A stretch of DNA of 59,826 nt, the filler included. It is 5 parts of 5 records of this genome, joined end to end, with 100 filler letters (N's around TTAATTAATTAA, not from the genome) between each part and the next. Parts side by side here need not be neighbours in the genome. Positions count along the whole stretch, not along the records: positions 29,509 to 40,890 come from SRR2962707_1409; positions 40,991 to 53,060 come from SRR2962707_1424; 3 more parts are not named here. One strand, given 5' to 3'. This document shows positions 31,920 to 41,681 of the stretch, one piece after another. The first letter of the stretch is position 1; each line of letters begins with the position of its first letter. The notes under the pieces are model-generated. The model was not told the DNA's origin. It did not search any database and saw only the letters and a list, made by a program, of their open reading frames with translations. Position numbers and translations under genes: made by a program.

Positions 31920-32846
31920 ATGCCTTTTGCCCCCCCCGCCTTTGATGGCATCCATGCCGCCACGATCTGCCCGCTTACACCGACTTTCGACGTCGACACA
32001 GGGGCGTTGACGACGCATGCCACCACAGTCATGGCGGTACCGGGTATCCGTGGTCTGCTGATCAACGGCCATGCCGGAGAGAATGCGCAACTGTCGCGGG
32101 CGCAAAAGCGGCAGGTGATCGGGGCGCTGCGTGATGCCTTGCCAGAGGCATTCCTGACCTGCGGCATCTATAGCGAAAGCACGCTGGAGGCAGTGGAACA
32201 GGCCCGTGACGCGGCAGAGGCCGGCGCCAGTGCCCTGCTCGTCTTTCCACCCAACGGCTGGGCGTTGGGGCAATTGTCGGCCGCGGTGATCGACCACCAT
32301 GCGCGGATCGCTGCGGCGACGGATCTGCCGCTGGTGCTGTACCAGGCGCCGGTGACCGCAGGGCGGATGGCCTACCCGGTAGAGACATTGCTTGCGCTCT
32401 GCGCCCTGCCGCATGTTGCCGCAATCAAGGAGGGCAGTTGGGAAATTGCCCGCTACGACCTGAACCGCAAGGCCGTAAAGGCGCAGTTTCCGGGTATGCC
32501 GGTACTGGCGTCCGGGGACGAGCATCTGATGACCGGTTATCTGATTGGGACCGAGGGCAGCCAGGTCAGCCTTGCCGCCGTGCTGCCCGCCCTGACCGTG
32601 GCCCTTTGGGATGCGGCGCAGGCGGGCGATTGGGGCCGTGCCCGCGCGCTGCACGACCGGCTGACGCCGCTGGTCAGCGCCATCTACAGCCCGCCGCCGG
32701 GGGTGTCGCCCACCGCCTGCCTCAAGACCTGTCTTGTGCTGCTGGGCCAGTTGGAAAGTGATCGGATGGCGCCGCCAACGCAGGCCACGAACGCCGCGAT
32801 GCGCGCCAGATTGCAGGCCGCGCTGGATCATGCGCTTGCACCCTGA
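31920..32846 (+). CDS. DHDPS/NAL family class I aldolase/dehydratase (not canonical DapA)
   Basis: INGHAGE, LVLYQAP, AIKEG (Schiff-base Lys); RBS GGAG. Confidence 0.85.
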   Translation: MPFAPPAFDGIHAATICPLTPTFDVDTGALTTHATTVMAVPGIRGLLINGHAGENAQLSRAQKRQVIGALRDALPEAFLTCGIYSESTLEAVEQARDAAEAGASALLVFPPNGWALGQLSAAVIDHHARIAAATDLPLVLYQAPVTAGRMAYPVETLLALCALPHVAAIKEGSWEIARYDLNRKAVKAQFPGMPVLASGDEHLMTGYLIGTEGSQVSLAAVLPALTVALWDAAQAGDWGRARALHDRLTPLVSAIYSPPPGVSPTACLKTCLVLLGQLESDRMAPPTQATNAAMRARLQAALDHALAP

Positions 32847-32947
32847 GGTCGCGCGCTCTGACTTCACGCGCTCGGAATCCGGCAAACGGGCCGCCCATGG
32901 GACGGCCCGCCAAGGCATCAGATCTTTGCTAATGCGGTTCAAGCGCC

Positions 32948-33925
32948 TTACTTCTTGGCGCTTTCCATGACCGCGTCGAACAGCGCGCGCTGGGTGTCCG
33001 TCTCAAGCATCGCGTTATAAAGCGGCACGGCGGCATCGCGGAACGGCGCCGGATCGGGCCGCGTCAGGGTCACGCCTTTGTCGACCAAAGCGTCCAGCAG
33101 CGGCTTTTCCTGATCGTCGACATATTGACGCTGCCACACGGCAGATTCTTTGCCTGCTTCGGACAATGCGGTGCTGATATCTTCGGGCAGCGCGTCATAG
33201 GCGGACTTGGACATGAACACCGGCGCGGTCATGTTCAGCCAGCCCACCATGGCGAAATCGGGCGCCACCTCATAAAGCTTCTGACCGGTGTAGTTCGTCG
33301 CCGCCCCTTCGGCGCCGTCCACGACACCACTTTGAAGCGCGCCATAAAGTTCCGAATAGGCCAGCGGCGTCGGGTTCGCGCCAAAGGCGGTAAAGGCATC
33401 TACGTGGATCGGGTTCTGCATGGTGCGGATTTTCACACCGGCCAGATCGTCGATCGATTCAATCGGCTCTTTCGTCATGATATGACGAATGCCTGACGAA
33501 TAGACCGCCAACAGTTCCAGACCGGTGCCCTCGACCGAAGTTTCGAGCATGCCGCCCACCGGGCCTTCAATCACCTTGTCCAGTTCGGCAATAGTCGGGA
33601 ACAGGAACGGCAGGTCGAACACGCGGTAGTCAGTAACGTAATTGCTGATCGTGGAATTCGCCGTCATCGCCACATCGAGCGATCCCAGAAGCACCTGTTC
33701 CACCAGCTGCGCCTCGTCACCCAACTGACCGTTGGCGAAAATCTCGATCGTGGCGCGACCGTCGGTCTTGGCCTCCAGCAGCTCGCGCATCTTTTGCAGG
33801 CCCTTGTCCTGCACCTCGTCCGCCGCATTGGTATGGGCGATGCGGAAGGTGTACTCTGCCTCGGCCCAGGCAGGGACGGACAGCGCAATGGACAGCAAAA
33901 GTGAGAATGAGAGCGTTGTTTTCAT
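32948..33925 (-). CDS. TRAP transporter substrate-binding protein (DctP family)
   Basis: Signal peptide, NGQLG, DLPFLF, LAGVKIRT, ELYGALQSGVVDGAE. Confidence 0.93.
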   Translation of the reverse strand: MKTTLSFSLLLSIALSVPAWAEAEYTFRIAHTNAADEVQDKGLQKMRELLEAKTDGRATIEIFANGQLGDEAQLVEQVLLGSLDVAMTANSTISNYVTDYRVFDLPFLFPTIAELDKVIEGPVGGMLETSVEGTGLELLAVYSSGIRHIMTKEPIESIDDLAGVKIRTMQNPIHVDAFTAFGANPTPLAYSELYGALQSGVVDGAEGAATNYTGQKLYEVAPDFAMVGWLNMTAPVFMSKSAYDALPEDISTALSEAGKESAVWQRQYVDDQEKPLLDALVDKGVTLTRPDPAPFRDAAVPLYNAMLETDTQRALFDAVMESAKK

Positions 33926-33962
33926 CGGTATATCCTTTGAGGTTGGGAAGCGTTCAGAGTGA

Positions 33963-35243
33963 TCAGTCGTAAAACAGGCCGGGCAGCCATAGCGTGATCG
34001 GCGCCACAAAAGCGGTCAGCGCCAGCACCGTGATCATCGGCAGCAGCGGTAGCCAGACGCGGGACGACACCTGTTCGATCCGTCGGCCGGCCACCATGGC
34101 GGCGATGTAAAGGCAGATGCCGTAGGGCGGCGTGATCAGCCCCACCGACAGATTCAGCGCCGCCATCACGCCAAAATGCACAGGGTCGATCCCGTATGAC
34201 ACGGCGATAGGCATAAGCACCGGCATGATGATAAGGATGGCCGAAATACTCTCCATGAACATGCCGACAAACAGCAGCAGCACGTTCACCAGCAGCAGGA
34301 ACACCAGCGGGTTTGACGTGATACCGCGCAGGAACTGATCCAGCGCCTTTGGCGCGCCCTGACTGGCGATAATCCAGGAAAAGATGCTGGCCGTGGACAC
34401 GATGATCAGCACCGCCGCCGACAGGCTCACGGTTTTAAGGATCAGCGGCCAGATCTGCGCAATCGTCAGTTCCTTGTAGATGAATACCGAAATTGCCAGC
34501 GTGACATAAACCGCGACGCAGGCCGCCTCGGTCGCCGTAAAGACGCCACCAACAATGCCGCCAACAATGACCAGCGGCACCAGCAATGCAGGCAGCGCGT
34601 CAACAAGCGCCGCCCAGAGCCGCGCGGCGGAAAACGGTTGCGCGTCCTTGTAGGCCATACCGCCGCGCTTGGCGTAGATATAGGCACCGGTCAGCAGGCC
34701 AGCGGTGATCAGCAGGCCCGGGACGATCCCGCCCAGAAACATTGCGCCGATGGATTGGTTGGTTGTGATGGCAATGATCACCATGACGATGCTGGGCGGC
34801 ACAATGCTGGCCATCGACCCCGCCGCCGCGATGATTGCCGCAGACATGTCCACGTCATACCCGCGCTTGCGCATGTCCGGGATCAGCATCGACGAAATAG
34901 CCGCCGTATCGGCCGAACCCGAGCCCGAGATTGCCGCAAGCCCGGTGCCCGTGGTGATCGCCACCATGTATAAACTGCCGGTGATCCACCCGACCAAAGC
35001 CGAAGCCAGAGCGACAAAGCGTTTCGCAATTCCCCCCGCCTCCATGATCAGGCCGGAGGCGACGAAGAACGGGATCGCCATCAGAGGAAAGGAATTGACG
35101 CCGCCGTAAACCCGCTGCGCCACGATGGACAGCGGCACATCGGTCAGCGTCACAATCGCGATCAGCGCCGACACGCCCAGTGCCAGCACGATCGGCAGGC
35201 CCGAGAAAATGAGGAAGGCGAAGCCGCCGAATGCCACGCTCAT
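33963..35243 (-). CDS. TRAP transporter large permease (DctM)
   Basis: SFPLMAIPFF, ISGSGSAD, IVPPSI, GVFTATE, GLITPPYG. Confidence 0.94.
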   Translation of the reverse strand: MSVAFGGFAFLIFSGLPIVLALGVSALIAIVTLTDVPLSIVAQRVYGGVNSFPLMAIPFFVASGLIMEAGGIAKRFVALASALVGWITGSLYMVAITTGTGLAAISGSGSADTAAISSMLIPDMRKRGYDVDMSAAIIAAAGSMASIVPPSIVMVIIAITTNQSIGAMFLGGIVPGLLITAGLLTGAYIYAKRGGMAYKDAQPFSAARLWAALVDALPALLVPLVIVGGIVGGVFTATEAACVAVYVTLAISVFIYKELTIAQIWPLILKTVSLSAAVLIIVSTASIFSWIIASQGAPKALDQFLRGITSNPLVFLLLVNVLLLFVGMFMESISAILIIMPVLMPIAVSYGIDPVHFGVMAALNLSVGLITPPYGICLYIAAMVAGRRIEQVSSRVWLPLLPMITVLALTAFVAPITLWLPGLFYD

Positions 35244-35788
35244 GTCAGGGCCGCCGAATTGGCACGGGCCTGCGCAGGGCGCAGAATATCAGGCAGGCTG
35301 GCCACGGCAAATTCCAGCATGAAATAAGCCATGCCAACCGGCAGCGCCGAATAGGGAATGGCCATCGGGAGACGCAGCGCCGGGGATTGCACCATCATGC
35401 CGATGGCCAGCAGGCTGAAACTGCCCACGATCACCACCCCCAGAAACCACATCCCCAAGGCGAACGACACAAGGCGCGACAATTGCTGCACCCGCTCGGG
35501 TGTGCGGCGGATCAAGACATCAACGCCCACATGCTGCCGGTTGCGCATGGCGATGCCTGCCCCCAGCAGTACCAGCCAGACCTGCGCAAAGACCGCCGTT
35601 TCGTCCGTCCCTGCGATGGAATAACCAAAGACATATCGTCCCAGGATCTGCGCCATGATCGCCAGCGCCATATAGATGAACAGCAGGCCCGCCACTAAAT
35701 CCACCAACCGCCGCAGCACGGTCAGGCAGAATACTGCCGGGCGGGCGATCCATTGCAAGCTGGTCGGAAACGTATCCGGATCTGACAT
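35240..35788 (-). CDS. TRAP transporter small permease (DctQ)
   Basis: Four TM helices, QILGRYVF, HVGVD; ATGA overlap with dctM. Confidence 0.9.
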   Translation of the reverse strand: MSDPDTFPTSLQWIARPAVFCLTVLRRLVDLVAGLLFIYMALAIMAQILGRYVFGYSIAGTDETAVFAQVWLVLLGAGIAMRNRQHVGVDVLIRRTPERVQQLSRLVSFALGMWFLGVVIVGSFSLLAIGMMVQSPALRLPMAIPYSALPVGMAYFMLEFAVASLPDILRPAQARANSAALT

Positions 35789-35991
35789 TATGGTGGGTGC
35801 TCCTGCTTGCGTGAAAAATGGGCGCTTTGACGTGACTGCGGTCAACGTTGCAGCATTCTGAGGCGGATCAAAGCTACCGGACTATTACAAAATCGCGTGC
35901 CACTATTTTGGGCGCTGCGCGCGTTGCCAAAGCGAAATCGCGCAGCCATATGTCGAAAAAACAGTCGTTTATTCAAATCAAAGGGATTCAG

Positions 35992-36786
35992 ATGGCAGAC
36001 ACCCCCGTCAAAACCGCAGCACCCCGTATCGGTCTGGCCGCCTGCCTAGTGGGTCTGCCCGAGATGGTCCCGGTGGCACGCGGAACCGGGTACGATTTCC
36101 TGCTGATCGATATGGAACACGGGCGCATCACCATCAGCGATCTGACGGCCGTCTGCGTCGCCGGGTTGCAGGCGGGCTTTCCAGTTTTGGCGCGGGTCAC
36201 CGGGCCGGCCTCGCCCGATCTGGCGCGGGTGCTGGATTGCGGCGCCACGGGCGTGATCGTGCCGCATACGGAATCGGCGACACAGGCGCGGGCCATCGTC
36301 GCCGCCTGCCGCTTTGCCCCGCTGGGCGCGCGGGCGATCCCCGGGCCACTCGCGATCCTGAACTTCGAACCCGTTCCACCCGCCACGCTGATTGCCAAAT
36401 CCGAGGCGCAGGTTGAGGTGCATGCCATGATCGAATGCCGCAAGGGGCTGGATGCCGTGCACGACATCGCCGCTGTGCCGGGGATCACCGCGCTGGTCAT
36501 CGGGTCAAACGACCTGGCGGCCGCCTTGGGTCATGTCGGTAATGTGGCACATCCAGAAGTGTTGCAGGCGTTCCGCGACATTTCTGCCGCCGCTGCTGCG
36601 CGGAGGCTGGGCTTTGGTGTCATGGGTCTGCCCCCTGCCCTGTTGCGCAGTCACGGCGTCGATCTGGGTGCCAACATGATCGTCGCCACGAACGAAATCA
36701 ACCTGCTGGTCGACGGCGCACGCGCCGCGTTGGCGGGCGTCAGAGATCTGTGCCAGCCCCCCGCAGTGCTGTCAGTCGCGCCTTAG
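35992..36786 (+). CDS. HpcH/HpaI family class II aldolase
   Basis: DFLLIDMEHG, RVLDCGATGVIVPH, MIE, IGSNDL. Confidence 0.88.
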   Translation: MADTPVKTAAPRIGLAACLVGLPEMVPVARGTGYDFLLIDMEHGRITISDLTAVCVAGLQAGFPVLARVTGPASPDLARVLDCGATGVIVPHTESATQARAIVAACRFAPLGARAIPGPLAILNFEPVPPATLIAKSEAQVEVHAMIECRKGLDAVHDIAAVPGITALVIGSNDLAAALGHVGNVAHPEVLQAFRDISAAAAARRLGFGVMGLPPALLRSHGVDLGANMIVATNEINLLVDGARAALAGVRDLCQPPAVLSVAP

Positions 36787-37657
36787 TGATGTTGTGGAAA
36801 AGGGCGCGAAACCGCCGCGTCGTCTCTGACATTGGGCGGGCGCGCGGCTCGATCGATGACAGGACGCGCGGTACAAGGGGTTCAAACGGGACAATGACCA
36901 GATCGCTGTAGCGCCCGGACTGGGCAGTCACCTCGTCCAGCAGCGCCACGCCCCAACCTTCCTGCACAATCCGCGCGGCGGCGTTCAGGAACCGCACCTC
37001 GATCCGGGGGAGGTAGGGCACGCCTGATGCCAGGAACGCCGCCGCCAGTAAGTCAGAGATCGCGGTGCCGGTCAGCGGGCAGATCAGCCGCGAAAACTCT
37101 AGATCGCGGGGCGTGATCACCGAACGGCTGGCCAGCGGATCGCTGCACGCACACAGGCAGACCGTGCGTAATTCGGCAAAGGGGTGCAGGCTGACGCCAT
37201 AACTTTCCATCGGCTCCATACCGAATCCGATGTCGGCCAAACCGTCCTCTACCGCCGCAATGGCCAGCGGCAGGGGTTTGGTTTCCAGCGACAGATACAC
37301 ATCGGGCGACGCGTGCAGGAATTGCTGCACCACACTGGGCAACAGCGCCTCGGTCAGTTCCGACGTTGCCACCACCCGCACCCGCCCGATATTGCCCAGC
37401 CGGATGTCCTGCACCCGCTGGTTGACGGTCTGTTGCAGCAGGGTCAGCGGTTCGACCTCGTGAAACAGCAGCTTGGCCTCTTCGGTGGGCATCAGCCGGT
37501 TGGCCTGCCGAATGAACAACGGGAACCCGGTCCGGGCTTCGATATGCTTTAGCGCGATGCTGACGGCGGATTGCGACATGCCCAGCATCTGTGCCGCAGC
37601 GACCGTGGTGCCGGTGGCGATAACAGCGCGAAAAACCTCGATCTGGCGCAAGTTCAT
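36740..37657 (-). CDS. LysR family transcriptional regulator
   Basis: MNLRQIEVFRAV..AAQMLGMSQSAVS..LFIR. Confidence 0.94.
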   Translation of the reverse strand: MNLRQIEVFRAVIATGTTVAAAQMLGMSQSAVSIALKHIEARTGFPLFIRQANRLMPTEEAKLLFHEVEPLTLLQQTVNQRVQDIRLGNIGRVRVVATSELTEALLPSVVQQFLHASPDVYLSLETKPLPLAIAAVEDGLADIGFGMEPMESYGVSLHPFAELRTVCLCACSDPLASRSVITPRDLEFSRLICPLTGTAISDLLAAAFLASGVPYLPRIEVRFLNAAARIVQEGWGVALLDEVTAQSGRYSDLVIVPFEPLVPRVLSSIEPRARPMSETTRRFRALFHNITKARLTALRGAGTDL

Positions 37658-38601
37658 GGGCTGTCCGCAATCTTGAACAGTTCCGCAGGCGTGTCGCGGG
37701 TCATCTGGCGCAGGGCGTCCATAGGGATGCCGGAGGCCGCGAACATCGACAGGAAGGTACGGAACGCCTCTACCGGGGCCGGCATGACAAAGGCGCCGGA
37801 ATCCGACGACAGGATGACGCGCCCCGGCCCCGTTTCGCGCACCACCCGAAGGCAGGTAGCAAAATCGGCGCGGGGAAACTGGTGATATTCGTCGTCGATC
37901 ATGGTCTGTGGCACGTCAGTCGCATGGCTGAGCACGAAGAACGAATATTCTAGGATCGCGCCGGTGTCGGCAACCGCCCGCGCCTCCTCAATCGTCAGAT
38001 AGCCAGCGGGAGCAAGGAGTCGAGTGCAACCCCGGTCACGAGCAGCTTCGGCCATGCGGACCATTTCCGGGCCAGATAGATGGCCCAGGTTGAAAACGAC
38101 ATCTGCCGCGATACACAGATCGAGGATTTCCGGCAACGGATCGGGCAAGGCACCTGTCAGCGGCACCGACAGACAGCTGTCGATGTAATCCGCGCTGCGT
38201 CGTTCCGACCGGGCGACATGTGCAGTTGTGTGACACGGCAGGGACACGAACCGCGCGCCCGTCCCCGGTCCGCACCCCATCTTCAACGCCGTCTGCACCG
38301 CCAGCGGCGTGACCCCGCCCACATGCGGTTCAAGGATCACACCACCGAACACCTCCACACCCAGGTGCCCCAATTCCAGATTGGCAAGCGCAGCAAGGCC
38401 CGATGTATTGGCAAACACATCCATCAGCCCCAGCCCGCGCAGCCCCGCCTGCGCCGCCGCCCGCACCGCGTCAAACAGTGTGATCGTGCGGGTGTTAATA
38501 TGCGGGCAACAGTGCACATGACTGTCGATCGCGCCCCTTAACAGATCGGTCCCTGCGATGGGCCGCGCGCGATAGCCGGGGTCGAAGTCGGTATCGGTCA
38601 T
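37654..38601 (-). CDS. Amidohydrolase-fold metalloprotein (DUF6282-like)
   Basis: GAIDSHVHC, NLGHLS, ILEYS, ILSSDSG, TPAELF; ATGA-coupled to lysR. Confidence 0.72.
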   Translation of the reverse strand: MTDTDFDPGYRARPIAGTDLLRGAIDSHVHCCPHINTRTITLFDAVRAAAQAGLRGLGLMDVFANTSGLAALANLELGHLGVEVFGGVILEPHVGGVTPLAVQTALKMGCGPGTGARFVSLPCHTTAHVARSERRSADYIDSCLSVPLTGALPDPLPEILDLCIAADVVFNLGHLSGPEMVRMAEAARDRGCTRLLAPAGYLTIEEARAVADTGAILEYSFFVLSHATDVPQTMIDDEYHQFPRADFATCLRVVRETGPGRVILSSDSGAFVMPAPVEAFRTFLSMFAASGIPMDALRQMTRDTPAELFKIADSP

Positions 38602-38946
38602 GCTATTTCGACCCGGATATTATGCGCGCCTTTCGACCGCACCGCATCGCCCAGCGGGTTCCACATGCTCTCACCCAACCAGCGGAGCGGCACGATTTTT
38701 CCGCCAACGGGCCATCCCTGCGACACGGGCACTACTACCTTCATGCACATCATAAAACGAAACGCGCAGCACAGGTTAATCCGAAGAAAATTTTGAATGT
38801 CAGTCATCAACAAAGTCCCCTCATCAGCAACATTAGAACGCGGGCTTTTTTTGATGCAATCATCATCGCCCCGTTAGACGTACGGTTTTGTCATTTGTTC
38901 GCAAGATCGGTTCCGAATGACCCCAACTACCCTCAAAGTTGTTGAT

Positions 38947-40782
38947 TTAAGCGAATGTCGCAACGCGGTCCCTGCAAAGGGAAAGCATCCCCTCCGCCCT
39001 TTCCTGAATGTCACGATCCATGCCGGGAAGATCAGGCACCGAAACCCCGTCTATGGCATGCGTGAAGCGCTGTAGAAAATCGTCAATCTCTTGGCCCACA
39101 CCGGTTGCAGCCAAGCCGGCGGTCGCGGCCACCTGCATGAAATCGCTACGACGCAAGCGATCATCCTTGCCATTCAGTTTCAGGGCCATGCGATCATGTT
39201 CAAGGCTGGGAAAGACCCTCGTCGTGACCGCATCATAGAGCGGCGCGATACGAATTGTGCTAAAACGATCCGCAGCAAGATCGGCACTCTTTAGCAACGC
39301 CAAATTCTTTAGGTGCATATCACCGTCACCGATCAACCAGGCAAACAGGGTGCGCTTGACGACCAACAGCAGATCCTCGCCGGCAGATGTCGACAGCGGG
39401 CGAACAGCGCGGGTTATCCGCTCGATCGTTCCGTCATATTTCGCATCGGGGGGCAGATCGAAAACCGAACACAAATCTTCCAAGGCAAACCGACGTTCAT
39501 CCTTGGGCGATGTGCGGATATCAAAGCGCTCAACCACCAAGGCCGGGGGCATGTCGTCCGGCATCGGCACCAAAGCGATGTCAGGTGCCGCCAACCCTGA
39601 GGCCCGGCCAAGAGACATCGCCAGATATTCTATTACGGGAAGCGCCTGAAATCCGCTGGTTCCCGCCGGCTTTAAGATGTGAGTGAACGGCAAGCTCACG
39701 CTTGGCGACAATTGGCCATCCGGCGCCAAATACATCGGCGCCTTGATCTGAACACCAGACAGGCGCGGTGTGTCCGCCCGATCATAAAGACGCGCCAGCC
39801 CCGCCTCGAAATTTGCCTCAAACTTGCCGAGCTCCGGACCTGCGTAGGTTCCAGTGAATACGCCCTCACAGGTAAATCGGGACAACGACACCGCCAGCGT
39901 GTCTGCGGGGAAGGATACAAGTTCAGCTGCGTTTTCGCTAATCGTAACGTTGGACATGTATCGTTTGCCCGAGCGCAGTATCGCACGCTGGTCGTTGTCT
40001 TTGAGGACTTTCTCCAACCAGCCCTCAGGCAATAGCGATAGTATAAAGGGGGGGAGCCTGCCCGGAACCCTCTGCTGTACCAGCGGCAGATTGAACCCCT
40101 CCTCTGGCCGCCACCGCCATTCAAAGCCATCATGACCCAGCTGACCGACGATTTGACCATGCCAGGCAATCAGGAATGTAAGCGCTGCTTCGTTGCGAAC
40201 ATCCACCGCAGCTGGAAAACGCAACAAATACCGCTCTATCTGCTCGCCCTCGCGGTACCATTTGTTTTCGCGCGCAAGCGCCCAAACCGCATCCGCGGTT
40301 GCAGATGGGCTTCCGTATTCGTCGATAAGGCGCACGGCGATTTCGGTCCGCATAACTTCGTCGATAGCGCTGGCGTGCTCACTGCGTTGCCGAAACGCCT
40401 CCAGAAAACGCTGCCGCATCGATGAGACGGCGATTTGGAATTCCCCTGCCCCGTCATCGACAATGGCAGTCGCGACCCCAGGCTGATCTGGCGCCACATT
40501 CTGGATGATCTCGAGAGACCTTATCCTAGTGCGCTGATTGCGTTTCCCGCTGATGAATAAACGACCATCGCGCGTGGGTGCCAGCCAACTGGCGCTGGCG
40601 GCGGAAAGATATGCCTTTGGATAAAGGTAATGTGCAATCCGCACCGCATGGCGCAGAACAACCGCATCAATATCGTCGTCAGCGTCGACATAAATGCCGC
40701 GCATAAGTTGAACAATTTTCCCAGTCTCAGCCTGGTAGTGAGCGCGGGTCTTGTCGAGATTTTCACCGATGAGGTATAGCAG
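38947..40782 (-). CDS. HipA-family Ser/Thr kinase with HipA-couple domain and AbiEi-like N-terminal extension
   Basis: LSGVQIK, HILKP, VVERFD, GDGDMHLKN, APLYD; LPPFILSLLPEGW. The frame stays open upstream of ATG 40704 and a CTG start at 40782 is proposed (start uncertain). Confidence 0.85.
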   Translation of the reverse strand: MLYLIGENLDKTRAHYQAETGKIVQLMRGIYVDADDDIDAVVLRHAVRIAHYLYPKAYLSAASASWLAPTRDGRLFISGKRNQRTRIRSLEIIQNVAPDQPGVATAIVDDGAGEFQIAVSSMRQRFLEAFRQRSEHASAIDEVMRTEIAVRLIDEYGSPSATADAVWALARENKWYREGEQIERYLLRFPAAVDVRNEAALTFLIAWHGQIVGQLGHDGFEWRWRPEEGFNLPLVQQRVPGRLPPFILSLLPEGWLEKVLKDNDQRAILRSGKRYMSNVTISENAAELVSFPADTLAVSLSRFTCEGVFTGTYAGPELGKFEANFEAGLARLYDRADTPRLSGVQIKAPMYLAPDGQLSPSVSLPFTHILKPAGTSGFQALPVIEYLAMSLGRASGLAAPDIALVPMPDDMPPALVVERFDIRTSPKDERRFALEDLCSVFDLPPDAKYDGTIERITRAVRPLSTSAGEDLLLVVKRTLFAWLIGDGDMHLKNLALLKSADLAADRFSTIRIAPLYDAVTTRVFPSLEHDRMALKLNGKDDRLRRSDFMQVAATAGLAATGVGQEIDDFLQRFTHAIDGVSVPDLPGMDRDIQERAEGMLSLCRDRVATFA

Positions 40783-40890
40783 AACTACAACCTTCGCGCA
40801 TTTAAGGTACGAGATAGTTAGTCAGATCCACGATTTGCGTCAAGAGATTCAAACTATCCCGTTCCCACGATTACCAGAAGATCCTGCGTC

Positions 40891-40990
40891 NNNNNNNNNN
40901 NNNNNNNNNNNNNNNNNNNNNNNNNNNNNNNNNNTTAATTAATTAANNNNNNNNNNNNNNNNNNNNNNNNNNNNNNNNNNNNNNNNNNNN
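40891..40990. other. Artificial contig spacer
   Basis: N run with TTAATTAATTAA. Confidence 0.99.
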
Positions 40991-40991
40991 C

Positions 40992-41639
40992 AGCTATCAG
41001 ATCCGCAACATCATCGTGCAAGAGGTGTCTCGCGTGCTTGCCTCTTCGGGTATTCCCGTGCTCGATATGGCGGCCAATACCGCCGATCTGGGCAAGCTGG
41101 TGGCAGGCGAAGTTTCCGCCACGATCCAGAACTACGGGCTAACCATGCCCGAGATGTATATCGAAAACATCTCGCTTCCCCCGGCTGTCGAACAGGCGCT
41201 GGACAAACGCACCTCGATGGGGCTGGCCGGCGATCTGGGCAAGTTCACGCAGTATTCGGCGGCAGAGGCGATGACAGCTGCGGCCAACAACCCCGCGGGT
41301 GGCGGTATGGCTGCGGGTCTGGGTGCCGGCATGGGCATGGCGATGGCCAACCAGATGGCACACCAGCAGGGCCCATGGGGCGCTGTACCGGCCGCACAAC
41401 AACCCGCCCCCGCCGCGCCGCCCCCGCCACCCGTTGAACACGTCTGGCACATTGCCGATAATGGTCAGACCAAGGGGCCGTTTTCGCGTGCCGCATTGGG
41501 GCGTATGGCCACGGGCGGCGAACTCAGCCGCGAAACCTATGTCTGGACCGCCGGTCAGGACGGGTGGCTACGGGCCGAAGATGTGACCGAACTGGCCCAG
41601 CTGTTCACCGTGCTGCCGCCACCGCCGCCGGGTGCCTGA
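40992..41639 (+). CDS. SPFH (Band7_1/YdjI-like) protein with C-terminal GYF_2/DUF4339 domain (5' truncated)
   Basis: YIENISLPPAVEQALDKR, GAGMGMAMA linker, GQTKGPF..VWTAGQDGW. Confidence 0.85.
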   Translation, partial: SYQIRNIIVQEVSRVLASSGIPVLDMAANTADLGKLVAGEVSATIQNYGLTMPEMYIENISLPPAVEQALDKRTSMGLAGDLGKFTQYSAAEAMTAAANNPAGGGMAAGLGAGMGMAMANQMAHQQGPWGAVPAAQQPAPAAPPPPPVEHVWHIADNGQTKGPFSRAALGRMATGGELSRETYVWTAGQDGWLRAEDVTELAQLFTVLPPPPPGA

Positions 41640-41681
41640 ACGCGTCGTAATCTGCCCTGACTGTTCCCGCCGGAAAGATTA

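Noticed and set aside
30388..32846. Calling these genes hemY and dapA
   Set aside because: Only fold-level motifs are shared; the DapA GTTGE motif is replaced and the context is catabolic
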